A stretch of DNA of 64,000 nucleotides. Source: Lama guanicoe (Eukaryota). Below the pieces are notes generated by a model. That model was not told the DNA's origin and did no database searches. It was given only the letters and a program-made list of their open reading frames with translations. The DNA lies in the NCBI GenBank assembly GCA_013239625.1, contig MU053873.1, positions 2,556,524 to 2,620,523 of the forward strand. Direction: 5' to 3'. A program made the translations under genes and the position numbers. Within the stretch, counting starts at the first letter, position 1. Each line of letters opens with the position of its first letter. Shown in pieces: positions 24,031-35,186 of the stretch.

Positions 24031-24700
24031 TGAGCACTCCTGGTACTGAGAGGGTTCGCTTTGTCCCTGATCCTCCATTCTAGGAATAAAACTAACAGTG
24101 TCAGAGCAGACATCTCCAGGAGGGAGGGGTAACAGTCCAGACACTTCTGGAGCGTCTGATGTGAGTGGTCAGGGAAAGGCTCAGCGGAGTCATTTTCTGA
24201 CCCCTTTTATCAGAGAGGAGACCCAGCTGTAGGCACATCCCCACCCATGATCTCATTGATCTCAGCTCAACAGTCCTACCTTTTCTCAGAGCAAGACAGT
24301 GAGACTCCTAGGGTTGAAGTGTCTTCTCAAAAGCCCGAGCTGACCAACGAGTGGCCTTGAATTGAAATCCAGATGTTGCTGACAACCCAGTGCTCCTACC
24401 AGCCAACAATACTATCCGGAGGAGGGGTGATCAGGGGAGGCTGCCTGGAAGAGGTAAACCTTAAACTGAGCTGCCAGAGTCCCAGCTAGCTGTGTTCTCT
24501 GGTGGCAGGGATGCAGCTGTCCTCACACACTCGGTTCTCTACAACACCCTGAAGGGGGCACGATCCCTAATTCATTCAACATCATTTTTTAAAATACATG
24601 GATCTGCTTTTTTCTTCTCTAACATAAAAATCTCTGCTTTTCCCACCCCTGTGCCGGCTGAGCAAAATTTAATCTCCTGAGCATGGTACTCAAAGTTCTT

Positions 24701-24844
24701 TTTTTTCATTCTAAATTTTTTTTTATTGAAGTACAGTCAATTACATGTGTCTATCTCTGGTGTAGAGCACAATATCCCAGTCATGCATGTACCTACATAC
24801 ATTCGTTTTTACTTTTTTTCCGTTAAAGGTTGTTACAAGATATT
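24701..24844 (-). mobile_element. Young 5'-truncated LINE-1 3' end with perfect 11-bp TSD
   Basis: ttttattgaagtacagtcaatt...gttaaaggttgttacaagata; TSD tcaaagttctt at 24690-24700 and 24845-24855; TT/AAGA endonuclease site on the minus strand. Confidence 0.85.
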
Positions 24845-24901
24845 TCAAAGTTCTTAATTTTCCCCAACCTACCTTTTCATCTTTCCACCCCCGTTACCAC
24901 A

Positions 24902-24906
<5 letters not shown>

Positions 24907-24942
<36 letters not shown>
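24907..24942. repeat. (CA)18 microsatellite
   Basis: Perfect CA run. Confidence 0.95.
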
Positions 24943-24945
<3 letters not shown>

Positions 24946-25424
24946 CTTCAAAGATATCTCATGTGCTAGTCAAACAACACTTCCCCTCTGGATACAGACT
25001 TCCACTTCTGCATCACCACAAAACCAAGAACCACAAGAGCAGCAGTCTTTTCCTGGTCCTTGGACTGCAGAACACACTGATGTCTCCGGTACATCCCAGC
25101 TGGAACACTGCACGGAAGTCTGAATGTTCCCAGACAGGATGGAGAGTTGAAACCCTGATGAAGAAGCACAGAGGCTGTGACACCCTAAGGATACACCTGC
25201 CAGGGAGTAGGGAAACTGACAGAGTTCCAGTGACTCTTTATCCCACTTTCCCACCTAAGGCGTCCCCACCTGCTGCCTGCTCACCAGGCCAAGTTGCAGG
25301 GTGGAAGATAGGATGCTAAGGTCTGATTCCCTCCCTCCACCCAGCTCGCTGCTTGCCCTATGAGCTCCCAAGCACATCCATTCCCCTCTGGGTCTCAGTG
25401 ATTTTTAAGAACCACTCCATCGTC

Positions 25425-25656
25425 TGAGAGACAGCACATGGGATTTGGAATGCAGCAGGCACTAACATTTACCAGCTGGTAACTTTGTGCAAGTGTCTAC
25501 GGACACCACTCCAAGCCTCAATTCCCCCATCAGAGAGGTGAGGGTATTAATACTACCTCCCTCACAGTGTGGTTTAAATTTAAACATATTTTTTTTTAAA
25601 TAAAGTGCTCAGCACAGTGTCTGGCACCCAGCAAATATTCATTAAATGGTTACTAT
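25425..25656 (+). mobile_element. MIR SINE
   Basis: gcctcaattcccccatc...aaagtgctcagcacagtgtctggcaccc...attaaatggttacta. Confidence 0.7.
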
Positions 25657-25861
25657 CAGTGCTGTGCTGGTAAACCAGCACCAGGTGGGGGAGTGAGGGA
25701 GTAGAGGAGCACTGATTTCTAACACCGGCCAATTTCCATGGTGCAAATATTCCCATTACGACTGATTTCAAGCTGGTGAATTAACAACTAGCTTCCAAAA
25801 ACTTCTGAATATTGAACAGTTAGCTCTAGTGAAGCAGGGTCAGCCAGCCCCAGCACCACGG
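25657..25861. mobile_element. hAT-Blackjack DNA transposon, MER63-like
   Basis: cagtgctgtgctggtaaa...gccaatttccatggtgcaaatattccca...gatttcaagct...ccagcaccacg with imperfect TIRs. Confidence 0.75.
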
Positions 25862-26559
25862 GGTCATCTATTATTGTTGTTAATATTATTATTACTATTC
25901 AGCCAAGCGGCTTTATTTTTGGTTATTTTTCCCCCCTTCATAAATCTACATGAGATTTCACTTCCACATTGGATGCTGCAGGTTAAAAATAGGTTGAAAG
26001 TCATCAAAGCCAATGATCTGGTAAGATCTCCTCCAGCTCTAAACAACATCCCAGGAGTTCAACGCCCAAGTCCTCCCCCTTGGAGACAATCCCCAGACGC
26101 CCTCCAAGGAATGGAATCCCACCCCATGCCCTTTTCCCTCATAGCCCGCCAAGGGCAAGTCAGAAAATGCACCCCAAAAGAGGGGAACAAACAGACTCAA
26201 AAAGAAGATTCTTCCCTGACATTCTGGCTGTGTGGCCTCAGACAAGTCATCCGACCTCTCTGAGCCTCAGTTTCCTCATCTGGCTCACAGAGACCCTATG
26301 AAGGGCTAAGGAGATAATGCATATGGAACATATTTGAAACGCCCATCACAGAGTCATGTCCATAAAACGAAGCTTTGATTAAGAACACTCCTAACAGTAC
26401 AAGCACCAGGTCCGGGGCCCCTGCCCCTCTGCAGAGGGTGTGTGGACTCCGGGGTCCCCTCCAAGTTGTGCCGGCAGCACCGCAGAGCTGGGCCCTTGGA
26501 GCTGAGCCTCCCCACGTGCTTCCCGCACCACCGCCTCACTTCCACCCCCGTTCCAGGGC

Positions 26560-26760
26560 TAATTTACTTATTTCCCTATGAATCCTCGAAGTCTAGCCAG
26601 TTGTGGAGTGGCTGGATGGATTTTTTAATTAATTGACAGGTAATCAATGAAGAAGTGACTGTTTGGGCCTTGTCTGGGTGGGGAGCCATTCGGCGGTGGG
26701 AAACAAATGGATGGCTTCGGGCAGCAAGGTGGGTGGGCTGGGGGGGCGGGCGCTTTATTG
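26560..26760. promoter_or_regulatory. Candidate enhancer with TALE/homeodomain composite
   Basis: TTAATTAATTGACAGGTAATCAAT at 26625-26648; aaacaaatgg further on. Confidence 0.5.
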
Positions 26761-26849
26761 AGTTCTGGTTGGGCTGTGGCTACTAAGACCCGGGAGGCCC
26801 AGCACCTGCCATGGAAGGCAGGGTGGAGAAGCGACAGGAGGTCAACATG

Positions 26850-27410
26850 CTCACCTAGAATCCAGGGGACCTGAGTTCAGGCCCCAACACCCCCACTTAC
26901 CAGCTGTGTGGCCTTGGACCAGTCACTGCACCTCTCTGAGCCTCAGTTGCCTTTGAGGGTTGCTGCGAGGTTGCAATTCTGACACATGCCACCTCGTAGA
27001 TGAGCCCCGAAAGCATTATGCTAAGTGACGTAAGCCAGACACAGAGGGGCACGTATTGCACGATTCCATTTCTATGCAGTAACTAGAATCAGCAGATTCG
27101 TAGAGACAGAATGCTTCCAGGGACCAAGGGAGAATGGAGGGGAGGGTCACTGCTTAGTGGTTATAGAGTTTCTGTCTGGGATGATGAAAAAGTTTTGAAG
27201 GTAGACAGTGGTGATGGTTACACAACTTTGTGAATGTACTTAAAGCTATTAAATCATATACCTAAAAATGGATAAATGGTCAATTTTATGTTATGTACAT
27301 TTTACCACAATAAACAAAAAGGATAAAAATATGGCATGCCATGTGCTAGCACTGCCTGGCTTCTAGAAAGTGCTCACTGAACATGCATCATCATTATTAT
27401 CACTATTACT
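26850..27410 (+). mobile_element. MIR split by an L1MB insertion
   Basis: cagctgtgtggccttggaccagtcactgcacctctctgagcctcagtt on the left; gcactgcctggc...gtgctcactgaac on the right. Confidence 0.65.
26990..27325 (+). mobile_element. L1MB-type LINE-1 3' end
   Basis: cattatgctaagtga...agagtttctgtctgggatgatgaaaaagtt...ttttaccacaataaa. Confidence 0.85.
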
Positions 27411-27445
27411 TGTAAATCACTGGGGTCAAGCGACATGTTCACAGA

Positions 27446-28455
27446 TGTGGTAGACTGCAAAATCTGACCGAAACTCCTTCCCATCCCAAATGCACGCCTT
27501 TTACAAACGGATTTTGCAGCTCTCATCAAGAAATGGGGTCTATTTTTCCCTCTACCCCTCGAATCTGGGCCTCCTTTGGCCAATGCATTAGCTTCCCATG
27601 ACTGCTGTGAGTAAATTATCACAAACTTAGTGGATGTAAATAATGTTTAATCTTACATTTCTGGGAGTCAGATGCCTGAAGTGAGCCTTAAGGGCTAACG
27701 TCAAGGTGTCAGGAAGTCTGGTGCCTTCTGGACATCTTAAGGGGACAGTTCATGTTCTTCCCTTTTTCAGCTTCTGGTGGCCACCTGCATTCCTTGGCTT
27801 GTGGCCCCTTCCTCCATCTTCAGAGTCCATTGTTCTAATCTCTGCTTCCATCATCACCACACCTTCCTCTCTTCTGAGATCCCTCTGCTTCCCACTTATA
27901 AAGATCACTGTGATGAGGTTGGGTCCACCCCAGAATTCAGGATAATCTGCCATCTCAAGATCCTTCACTTAATCACACCTGCCAAGTCCCTTTTGCCATG
28001 TAATACAGTTAGAGGTTCTGGAGATTAGGACGTGGACATCTGAGGAGGGGGTGGGGAGCATTATTCAGTCCACCACAACCAGTGAGACTTTAGCAAATGT
28101 CACACAGGTAGAGGCTTGAGGAGGGCTTGTGCACAGGGCTGGCCCTCTCTTGCTATACTGGGAACCCTTCACCACCAAGAGCTCATGCCCAAGCTAGCCT
28201 GCTGGGACATGAGAGACACATGGCCCAGTCCCCCGAGCCAACAGCCAGCCGCCCCTCAACAGTGGACTTGCCCTGCAGACCAGCAGCTATGACCAACTCT
28301 TTTGTGAGCCCAGCTCGGATCAGACAGAGAACCTTCCAGCAGAGCGCAGCTCTAACGGCCAGCCCACAGCATCGTGAGCCAATTACATTGTTCTTGGTTT
28401 CACATAGCTACTGGGTGTCACATAGTTTGTTACACAGCAGAAGCTAACGGAATCA
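27446..28455 (+). mobile_element. MaLR LTR (MLT1G-like) interrupted by an MLT1D-like LTR
   Basis: tgtggtagactgcaaaa...ttttgcagctctcatcaagaa | insert | ttagcaaatgtcacacagg...tttgttacacagcag. Confidence 0.7.
27584..28077 (-). mobile_element. MaLR solo LTR, MLT1D-like, nested
   Basis: tgcattagcttcc...cttctggtggccacctgcattccttggcttgtggcccctt...ttaatcacacctgccaagtccctttt...ttattcagtccaccaca. Confidence 0.85.
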
Positions 28456-28489
28456 CCAGGCAAAGGTTTTTGGGAAGGTGGGGGAAGAA

Positions 28490-28710
28490 AACATTTAAAC
28501 ACCTACTGTGTAAAAGCATATTTCTCATCTAATCTCATTGAACCCTCATGAATTCCTCACAGGAAGATATTAATTGTACCCATATTATAGGTAAAGAAAC
28601 TGAGGCTCAGACAGGAGAAGCCATTGGCTTAAGACCACATAGCTAGGAGTTAGCAGAACTGGGTGTCGACCTCTGGCCGGCCTGACCCCAAAGCCATTGG
28701 TCTTCCAACA
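28490..28710 (-). mobile_element. MIR SINE
   Basis: cccatattataggtaaagaaactgaggctcagacagg. Confidence 0.75.
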
Positions 28711-28857
28711 GCCCCGCTCTGCTCTAAAATCACGCAGAGTCAGCATGTTTATCTGACTGGCTCACTCTTCTCCAGGCACCTTTCCAACGGACTCCTACTG
28801 CACGCCCTCACATCACCCACCTGGCCACCCTGCCATTCACTGGGCAGTTATTTGTTG

Positions 28858-29115
28858 AGGCAGGAGAGCACAACAGTGGAGCATTCAGATGTTGGTATCA
28901 GAGTCAAATTCCAGCTCTGTCTCTTCCCAGCTGTGTGACCTAGGACAAGTTAATTCACCTCTCTGAGCCTCAGCTTCCTTGTCCATAATATGGGGGACAT
29001 GATAACGTCTACTTCACTGACTGCTTTGCAGATGAAATGGGGAAAGGCATGGAAAGCCTTTATGATGGTGCCTGCCATGCAGTATGTGTCCAGGAAATGC
29101 TAGCTGTTATAACAA
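28858..29115 (+). mobile_element. MIR SINE, near full length
   Basis: cagctgtgtgacctaggacaagttaattcacctctctgagcctcagcttcct...aaatgctagctgttat. Confidence 0.8.
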
Positions 29116-29489
29116 TTGCCTTTGTTCTTGACAGCCACAGTCCCGGCACTGGAGCAGTCCCTGTAAGACCATGAAGCTGCCAATCTCTACTCGGGAGGGG
29201 CCTCCTCCTGACTAAACTGAATAGTACTGAATCATTTCAGAACCTGCTTCCTTCACCTGCTGCTTTTTCTGGACACTGGGAAGACATCGCAAAGCAATAG
29301 AGAGAAGAGCAAATCCTCGATCAGGACGTCAGAGTCCCAGCTCTGCCCCCAGCGCTAAGACCCTTCTCTCGTCCAGTCCTCAGTTTTCCCATCTGTACCA
29401 TGAGGTGATGAATTTCCAGGCTGTTCCATTTCTTTCTGCCATTCTGTCATCTTCGGATCGCCAGCTGTTTATCCCCGTTCTGCCTAATC

Positions 29490-30000
29490 TGACATTAGAA
29501 CGAGCCTCCCCCAAAATACATTTGATGCCGAGCAAGTTTTGATAATCCAAGGAATTCTGCTGTTTATTGATGATGTCCTCCCGCCCACTTCTGCAGCCAC
29601 GGATAAATCTGCATTAGGGCTTGGATTCGAAAAGAGGAGAAAAAAAAAAAAAGAAAGAAAGCAAGAAAGAGGGCTGTCTTTGAAGTGAATGACATGAATT
29701 ATTTCGACCTAACTTACTAATTAAGACCTCATTAGCAGCCCAAATTTGTGATAGATCAGCAGAGGACTTGGCACAATGGTTTAATTTAATGATTTCTTGC
29801 ATTACTTTGTTAATCATCTTTAGTCTGATTTAATTTATGCCAATGTGACTGTCCTAATTTCTAATTAAGGCATTGATGGCGGGGACGGCCGCCCTAGCAG
29901 AAGAATTTCAATCAGGGCTGATACAAAAGCAGATATTCGGTTTTAAGGCCTGTGAGATGGCAATTTGCTAAGCCTTCTGCTTATTGTTTTATTCCCCTGG
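29490..30000. promoter_or_regulatory. Candidate conserved enhancer (homeodomain/TCF/SOX)
   Basis: CTAATTAAG at 29717 and 29861, CTTTGAAG at 29678, ACAATGG, many TAAT; repeat-free. Confidence 0.6.
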
Positions 30001-30089
30001 AAAGGTTGGGGAGGGTCTAGTCTTCGCCTGGGGCAGATGGTTTCTCACTAATCACAGACCTTTACCATCATCGATTTTTTTTTAAAGGC

Positions 30090-30810
30090 TCTGAAAAAGA
30101 CCTTGGCGATTAACCAGACGAACCTCCTCATTTCGCAGAAGGCAACAGGGGCCAGAGAGGGTGAGTGGCTCACCCAAGGTCACACAGCAAGTTAGAAAGA
30201 CGGCAGTGGGGAGACCCCAGGCATGCGCTGTCCTCCACGGCCACCCACGTGGCAGGCCCCAGGCAGCAGCAGAGGCTTTCCACTGGAGTTGCAATTGACT
30301 GGAATTTGGGTCAGTGAATTGAAGGGGGCATAATAATTCCAATAACTCCCAGTATTTGAGGACCAGGCTCTGAGCCTGAAATCTGATGCTCAATTTTTCT
30401 CAACTCCACAAACCAACCCTACACATGGGTAGGATAGTGCCCGCCCTTCCATTTTACAGATGAGGAAACAGAGGCTCAGAGAGGTAGAATGCCTTCCCAG
30501 GGACCCACAGCAAAGGAGTGGAATTTGAACCCAGATCTGTCTGATTCCCAAGTCCATGCTATTACCACTGCTCTGACTGCCTCCCCAGGTCACCATCGGT
30601 TATCTGCAGTAATTTGTATCAGTATTATAGCTAATGTGTATTTAGGATTTACCATGTGCCAAGGGCTGTGCTAAGCCCCTCAAGTGAGAATCCCATTGGA
30701 TCCTCAGGACATCTTGTGAAGAAGGCATCATTCTTATGTCCAGTTATATGTAGAGAAGCCAAGGATCAGAGAGGTTACATGAACTGCCCGAGGTTGCACA
30801 GCAAGATGGC
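30090..30810 (-). mobile_element. Three MIR SINEs (about 30090-30230, 30400-30580, 30620-30810)
   Basis: ccattttacagatgaggaaacagaggctcagagagg and related antisense MIR cores. Confidence 0.75.
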
Positions 30811-31115
30811 AGTGCCCAAACACTGAATCAACCCCAACTGCCTCTAACTCTAAAAATTCCTATATCCCACCTCTGTCCTGAGCGTTTTGGAGCTAGGCTG
30901 AGCTATAATGTCTGGGCTTTGCCTACCCAGAGCACTAGAATATGCCTTCGGGCTCCTTTCGTGATGACAAAGGCAGCCTGAGCCTTGGGAAGAGCAGAAA
31001 GCCATGTCAAGGCCCAGGATTCCCATGTTTGCATCCTAGTTCTGCCACCGATTTGCCAATCCTGTCTCCTCCCCGGGCTTCAGTTTCCCACTCTGCAAAA
31101 TGAGGGCGCTGGAAA

Positions 31116-31299
31116 AGTGGTCCTCCAACATGGCTGCACATTGGAACCACCAGGGGTTACCCCCACCCCGAAAAGAAACTCATGTCAACACCCCACCCCA
31201 GACCTGATGAGTCAGAACCTCTGGGGACAAGGTCCAGGACTCTGGATGGAGACCAGCATCCTTGAGAGTCTGATACACTCTAACATTTGAGAACCACCA
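31116..31299. mobile_element. MER5A-like hAT-Charlie MITE inside a MIR
   Basis: agtggtcctccaacatggctgcacattggaaccacc...ccccagacctgatgagtcagaac...tttgagaaccacc. Confidence 0.7.
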
Positions 31300-31389
31300 G
31301 ACTAAATGAGTCGTACCGGCCCCTCTAACCCTGATATGACCAAAAATACACTCTTGACTTTGCTACTCAAGCTGTTTCATCCCATACCC

Positions 31390-33030
31390 TCTTCTCTAGC
31401 ACAGGAAATGGTACCTAGATGCTCAGCTCAAACACTGGAAGCATCCTTGGCTCCTCTCTCCCTGTCACCCCATCTCTAATCCATCAGCATACCCTGTCAA
31501 CTTGACCTCCACACAAATCCAGAACCGTCAACCTCTCTCCCTCCCCCATCCCGCCCTTAATGACTGCACCTGCCGCCTCCCTGTTTCTCCGTGGCCATCC
31601 TGGCCCCCTGCAGTCCATTCTCCTCCCAGCACCCTAGTGGCCTTGGCAAAATAAAAATCTATCTCCCTCTCCTGAATCCGGCCCAAGGGATTCCCATCAC
31701 ACCTAGAATTAGACTCAAGCTCCTTCTCTTGGTCTGTGAGGTCCTTCATGATTTGGTGCCCCCTCCTCTGTCATTACCCCACTCCTAGCACTCTCTGCCC
31801 CACCAGCATTCAGTCTGTTATTTAAACGAGTTAAGCTCACTCTAACCTCAGAGTCTTTGCACCTGCTGCCCACTCTGCCTGGGAGTCCGTGCTCTGGGCT
31901 CTTTCACTGGCTAGCTCCTTGTCCTCCTCCCCGACTTTCCAATCTAAAGGCACCCTGCCCAGGGCATCCCCCACCCCAGCAGCCTGCCTTATTCCCTTCC
32001 TAGCATGTATCACTATTGGAAATTGTCTCATTTTTCTTTTGTCCATTGTCTCGCCGTGATGTTGTGATATAATAAGAAATATATATTTGGTCTTTGTTCC
32101 CAGTTCCTGGCACGGAGCTCCTAAAACCCTTGGAATTTCCTGAGTGACAGGGGTGAGAGGAATCGCTTTTGTTATTCATAATAAGTCCCTTTCAACTACA
32201 GTGAATTTATGTTAATGAGGTGACTTTTGGAAAATCTCTCAGGATGGAGGCTGGTTGCCAGGGGAACCAACCATGTGATCAGAGGGCTGGAACTTTCAGT
32301 CCTGTCCCCTAACTTCAGGGGAGGTGAGCGGGGCTGGAGATTGAGTTCAATCACCAGTGGCCAGTGACTGAACCATGCCTAGGTAATGAAGCCTCCGTAA
32401 AAACCCAAAACGGCAGTCTGGATGGCTTTGAGGCTGGTGAGCACATCGAGGTACTGGGAGGGTGGCGCACCCAGAAAGGCCAAGGAAGCTTCACGCCCCT
32501 TCCCATGTACCTTATCCTACGCATCTCTTCCACTTGGCTGTTCCTGAGTTGTAGCCTTCATAATAAATAACAGTAAGTAAAGCATCTTCGTGAGTTCTGT
32601 GAGGTGTTCCAGCAAATTACTGAACCCAAGGAGGGGACTGTGGGAATCCTCAACATATGGCTGGTCAATCAGGCGAGCCAGTCAGTGGGACTGAGTCCCC
32701 AGCCAGTGGGGTCTGCACTAACCCCAGGTCGTTAGTGTCGGAACTGAATGGGAGGACACCCAGCTGGAGAATTGGTTGGTGCAGGGAAGAACCCACACCC
32801 TTGGTGTCGGAAGCGAAGTACGTCGTAGAAGAAAAACTGCTTTTTCCTTTTAGTTGGTACGCATAGTAACAGCGGAGAAAAAGAGTTTATTTTTTAATTT
32901 TTATCCCCACTAGAATGTCATCGCCATGGGAGCAGGATCCCTACCGGTCTGGTGCACCCCAGTGTCCCCAGGGTGCAGTGCCTGACACACAGCATGCACC
33001 CCAGAAGTGCCCATCAGGTGAACAAATGAA
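31390..33030 (+). mobile_element. L2 element split by a MER21-like LTR
   Basis: catccttggctcctctctcc...aatccatcagca...; resumes ccccactagaatgtca...gcagtgcctgacacacag after 32900. Confidence 0.7.
32056..32890 (+). mobile_element. MER21-type (ERVL) solo LTR
   Basis: gtgatgttgtgatataataagaaatatatatttggtctttgttcccagttcctggcacggagctcctaaaacccttggaatttcctgagtga matches the recalled MER21 start. Confidence 0.85.
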
Positions 33031-33264
33031 GGATGACATCTGTGCTCCTGGAAGAGCTGGCACCTGCACCCCAGTCCTTGGCGATGTCCCAGAAGAGGAA
33101 CCCTTAAGAGAGGACGTCCTGGGGACCATTAGTGCTCAGGACAGCCTCAGTCCACAAGGAGGGAAACTGACCACAGCTTTCAGTGACTCCCCTTTCCTGG
33201 CGATCCAGGCTCCCTATGCCCTTGAGTGCAATCCTAGAGAATTAAAAAGTTTGAAAGAAAGTGC

Positions 33265-33810
33265 ATCTGCTAATGGGCAACATTTATGTTAGTCAATAGA
33301 GATTTATTTAATGCAATAAATGACATAATTGGACTTTTATTTCCATAATATATTTTTCCAAGATAACTAATATTTTGAGTACCCGTGGCCTGCTGATGTC
33401 TCCTGAATGCACATATTTCCTGTATTATTACTCTTGTATAAAACTGACATTTAAACAGTTTAATAAATGAGCAGTTGTTTGACTTGTATCAGTTTCAATA
33501 CATTCTGGGATATTAATAAAATATATTTCATAAGCCAGCTCAATAGACCATGCCATAAAAATTCAATGATTTATTAGCGATACACTTGCTATTAGTTGGG
33601 ACAGATACTCAAAATGCCATTAGGGTTAAAATAATAATCAATCAAACTAATTAGATCCTATTTTTCATATGCAAATATAATTAAGCATACATTTCTCCGT
33701 AACTTTAAAGAGAATTATTGAAACTCAGCCTCGTATGAAGAGCCCCTCACTTGAGTTAATGAAATGACAGTGTCTCAAGTTGGATATGCAAACAAAATTG
33801 ATGAACCATT
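33265..33810. promoter_or_regulatory. Candidate deeply conserved enhancer, long AT-rich unique block
   Basis: About 550 bp repeat-free with ATGCAAAT (33669), CTAATTAG, ATAATTAAG, ATAATCAATCA, TATGCAAAC (33785), TGACA sites. Confidence 0.65.
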
Positions 33811-33949
33811 CAGGCTTTGAGGATCACAGGGAGGTGGGACAGGAGAGGAGGGGCTAAGAAGAGGACCACCCTGTACACCTGAGTCTCTTCCTACTGACGC
33901 TGATTAGAAGAAAGTTTCAAGACTCCAAGTAGGCAAGGATAACATTCAT

Positions 33950-34172
33950 TAGGGCACCACGGGCAAGAACATGGGCTCTGAACTCACACTGCTGCCTTCA
34001 AACCCTAGCTTCCCCAGTAGAGCGGACCTTGGATGAGTTAGCTTCCCTCTGTGCCCCAGTTTCTCCATCTATAAAATGGGAGTGATGATGATGTCAGCAC
34101 AATGAGGTTTCCTGGAAGGAGTGAATGTGTGCCTCGCCCACAGCAAGCACTCAGTGAACATTAGCTGTTTTT
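33950..34172 (+). mobile_element. MIR SINE
   Basis: aagaacatgggctctgaactcacactgc...ctctgtgccccagtttctccatctataaaatggg. Confidence 0.75.
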
Positions 34173-34576
34173 ATCCAGAAGCCCCAAGCCCTCCAGCCTT
34201 CTCTGCAAGACCTCTCAGCCACTCACTGGCTGGGTGACCCTGGGAAAGTCTACATCTCTCTCTCTCTGTGTCTGCTCGCAAGTATGGACAGTCAAGGAAT
34301 TAGGCTAGATGATTCAGGCAATCAGAGCTAAGAAGGAGGAGGCTGAGGAGGTTAAAGAATGCACACCCCTAATCATCCTTTTCTGAAGTCTCTATTTGGG
34401 TCTAACTCACAAAGCCAAGTTGTGCCCAAGGAATGGAGACAAAGGGGCCAAGGAAACCAGAACCAATCAGGGCAGAAAGGCAGAGCATCGAGGAATGGTC
34501 TCTTCAAAGGAACAGCAGGAGAAGAACCTAGATTTCCTCTGGCTCTGACCTAGATGCTTGGCGTATTAGCGCAGGC

Positions 34577-34730
34577 CAGTGTCAGCAAATGATTTCTGTA
34601 AAAGACCAGACAGTAGATATTTTAGGCTTTGCAGGTCATACAGTTTGTCATGACTACTCAACTCTACTGCTACGGCCTGAAAGCAGCCACAGGCTATGTT
34701 TCAACAAAACTTAATTTACAGACACAGGTG
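34577..34730 (+). mobile_element. MER58A-like hAT-Charlie MITE
   Basis: gtcagcaaatgatttctgtaaaagaccagacagtagatattttaggctttgcagg. Confidence 0.8.
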
Positions 34731-34749
34731 ACAGAAGGGTTGAAGGGTT

Positions 34750-35186
34750 CATAGATTACAGTAATGTCAGCTGAGGTAAAAAACAAACCCTGAAATGTGC
34801 AATGGCTTAACCATGGTAGAGGTCTATTTCTAGCTCTTGTAAAGTCTGCTGTAAACATTCCTGGTTGGGCAACTCTCTAGGGTGACTTTCCTCCAAGAGG
34901 CATTAGAGACCCAGGTTCTTGCCATATTGTGGCTCCTCCATCCTCAGCTCCAGGGCTCCCAGCTCTCCTGACTGATCTGAATTAAATCAGCAGTGAAAGA
35001 GCACTCAGGTTCACATCAGGGAGGATTTATGGACCACGTCTGGGTGTGGAGCCCGTCACCTCTACTCACATTTGACTAGAACTTGGTCTCACGGCCACCG
35101 TGAGAGAGGCTGGGAGATGGACCTAAGCTGTGTCTCCTGGAGGAAGATGAAATAGATTTGTGGAAGAGCTAGTAACCTCTGCCACA
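34750..35186 (-). mobile_element. LTR33-like ERVL LTR
   Basis: gaggctgggagatggacctaagctgtgtctcctggaggaag...agctagtaacctctgccaca, reverse complement of the LTR33 start. Confidence 0.7.

Noticed and set aside
28490..29115. Inverted MIR pairs (also 10290-10665) as hairpin or dsRNA sources
   Set aside because: The copies are too diverged to pair extensively, and such pairs are expected at this MIR density
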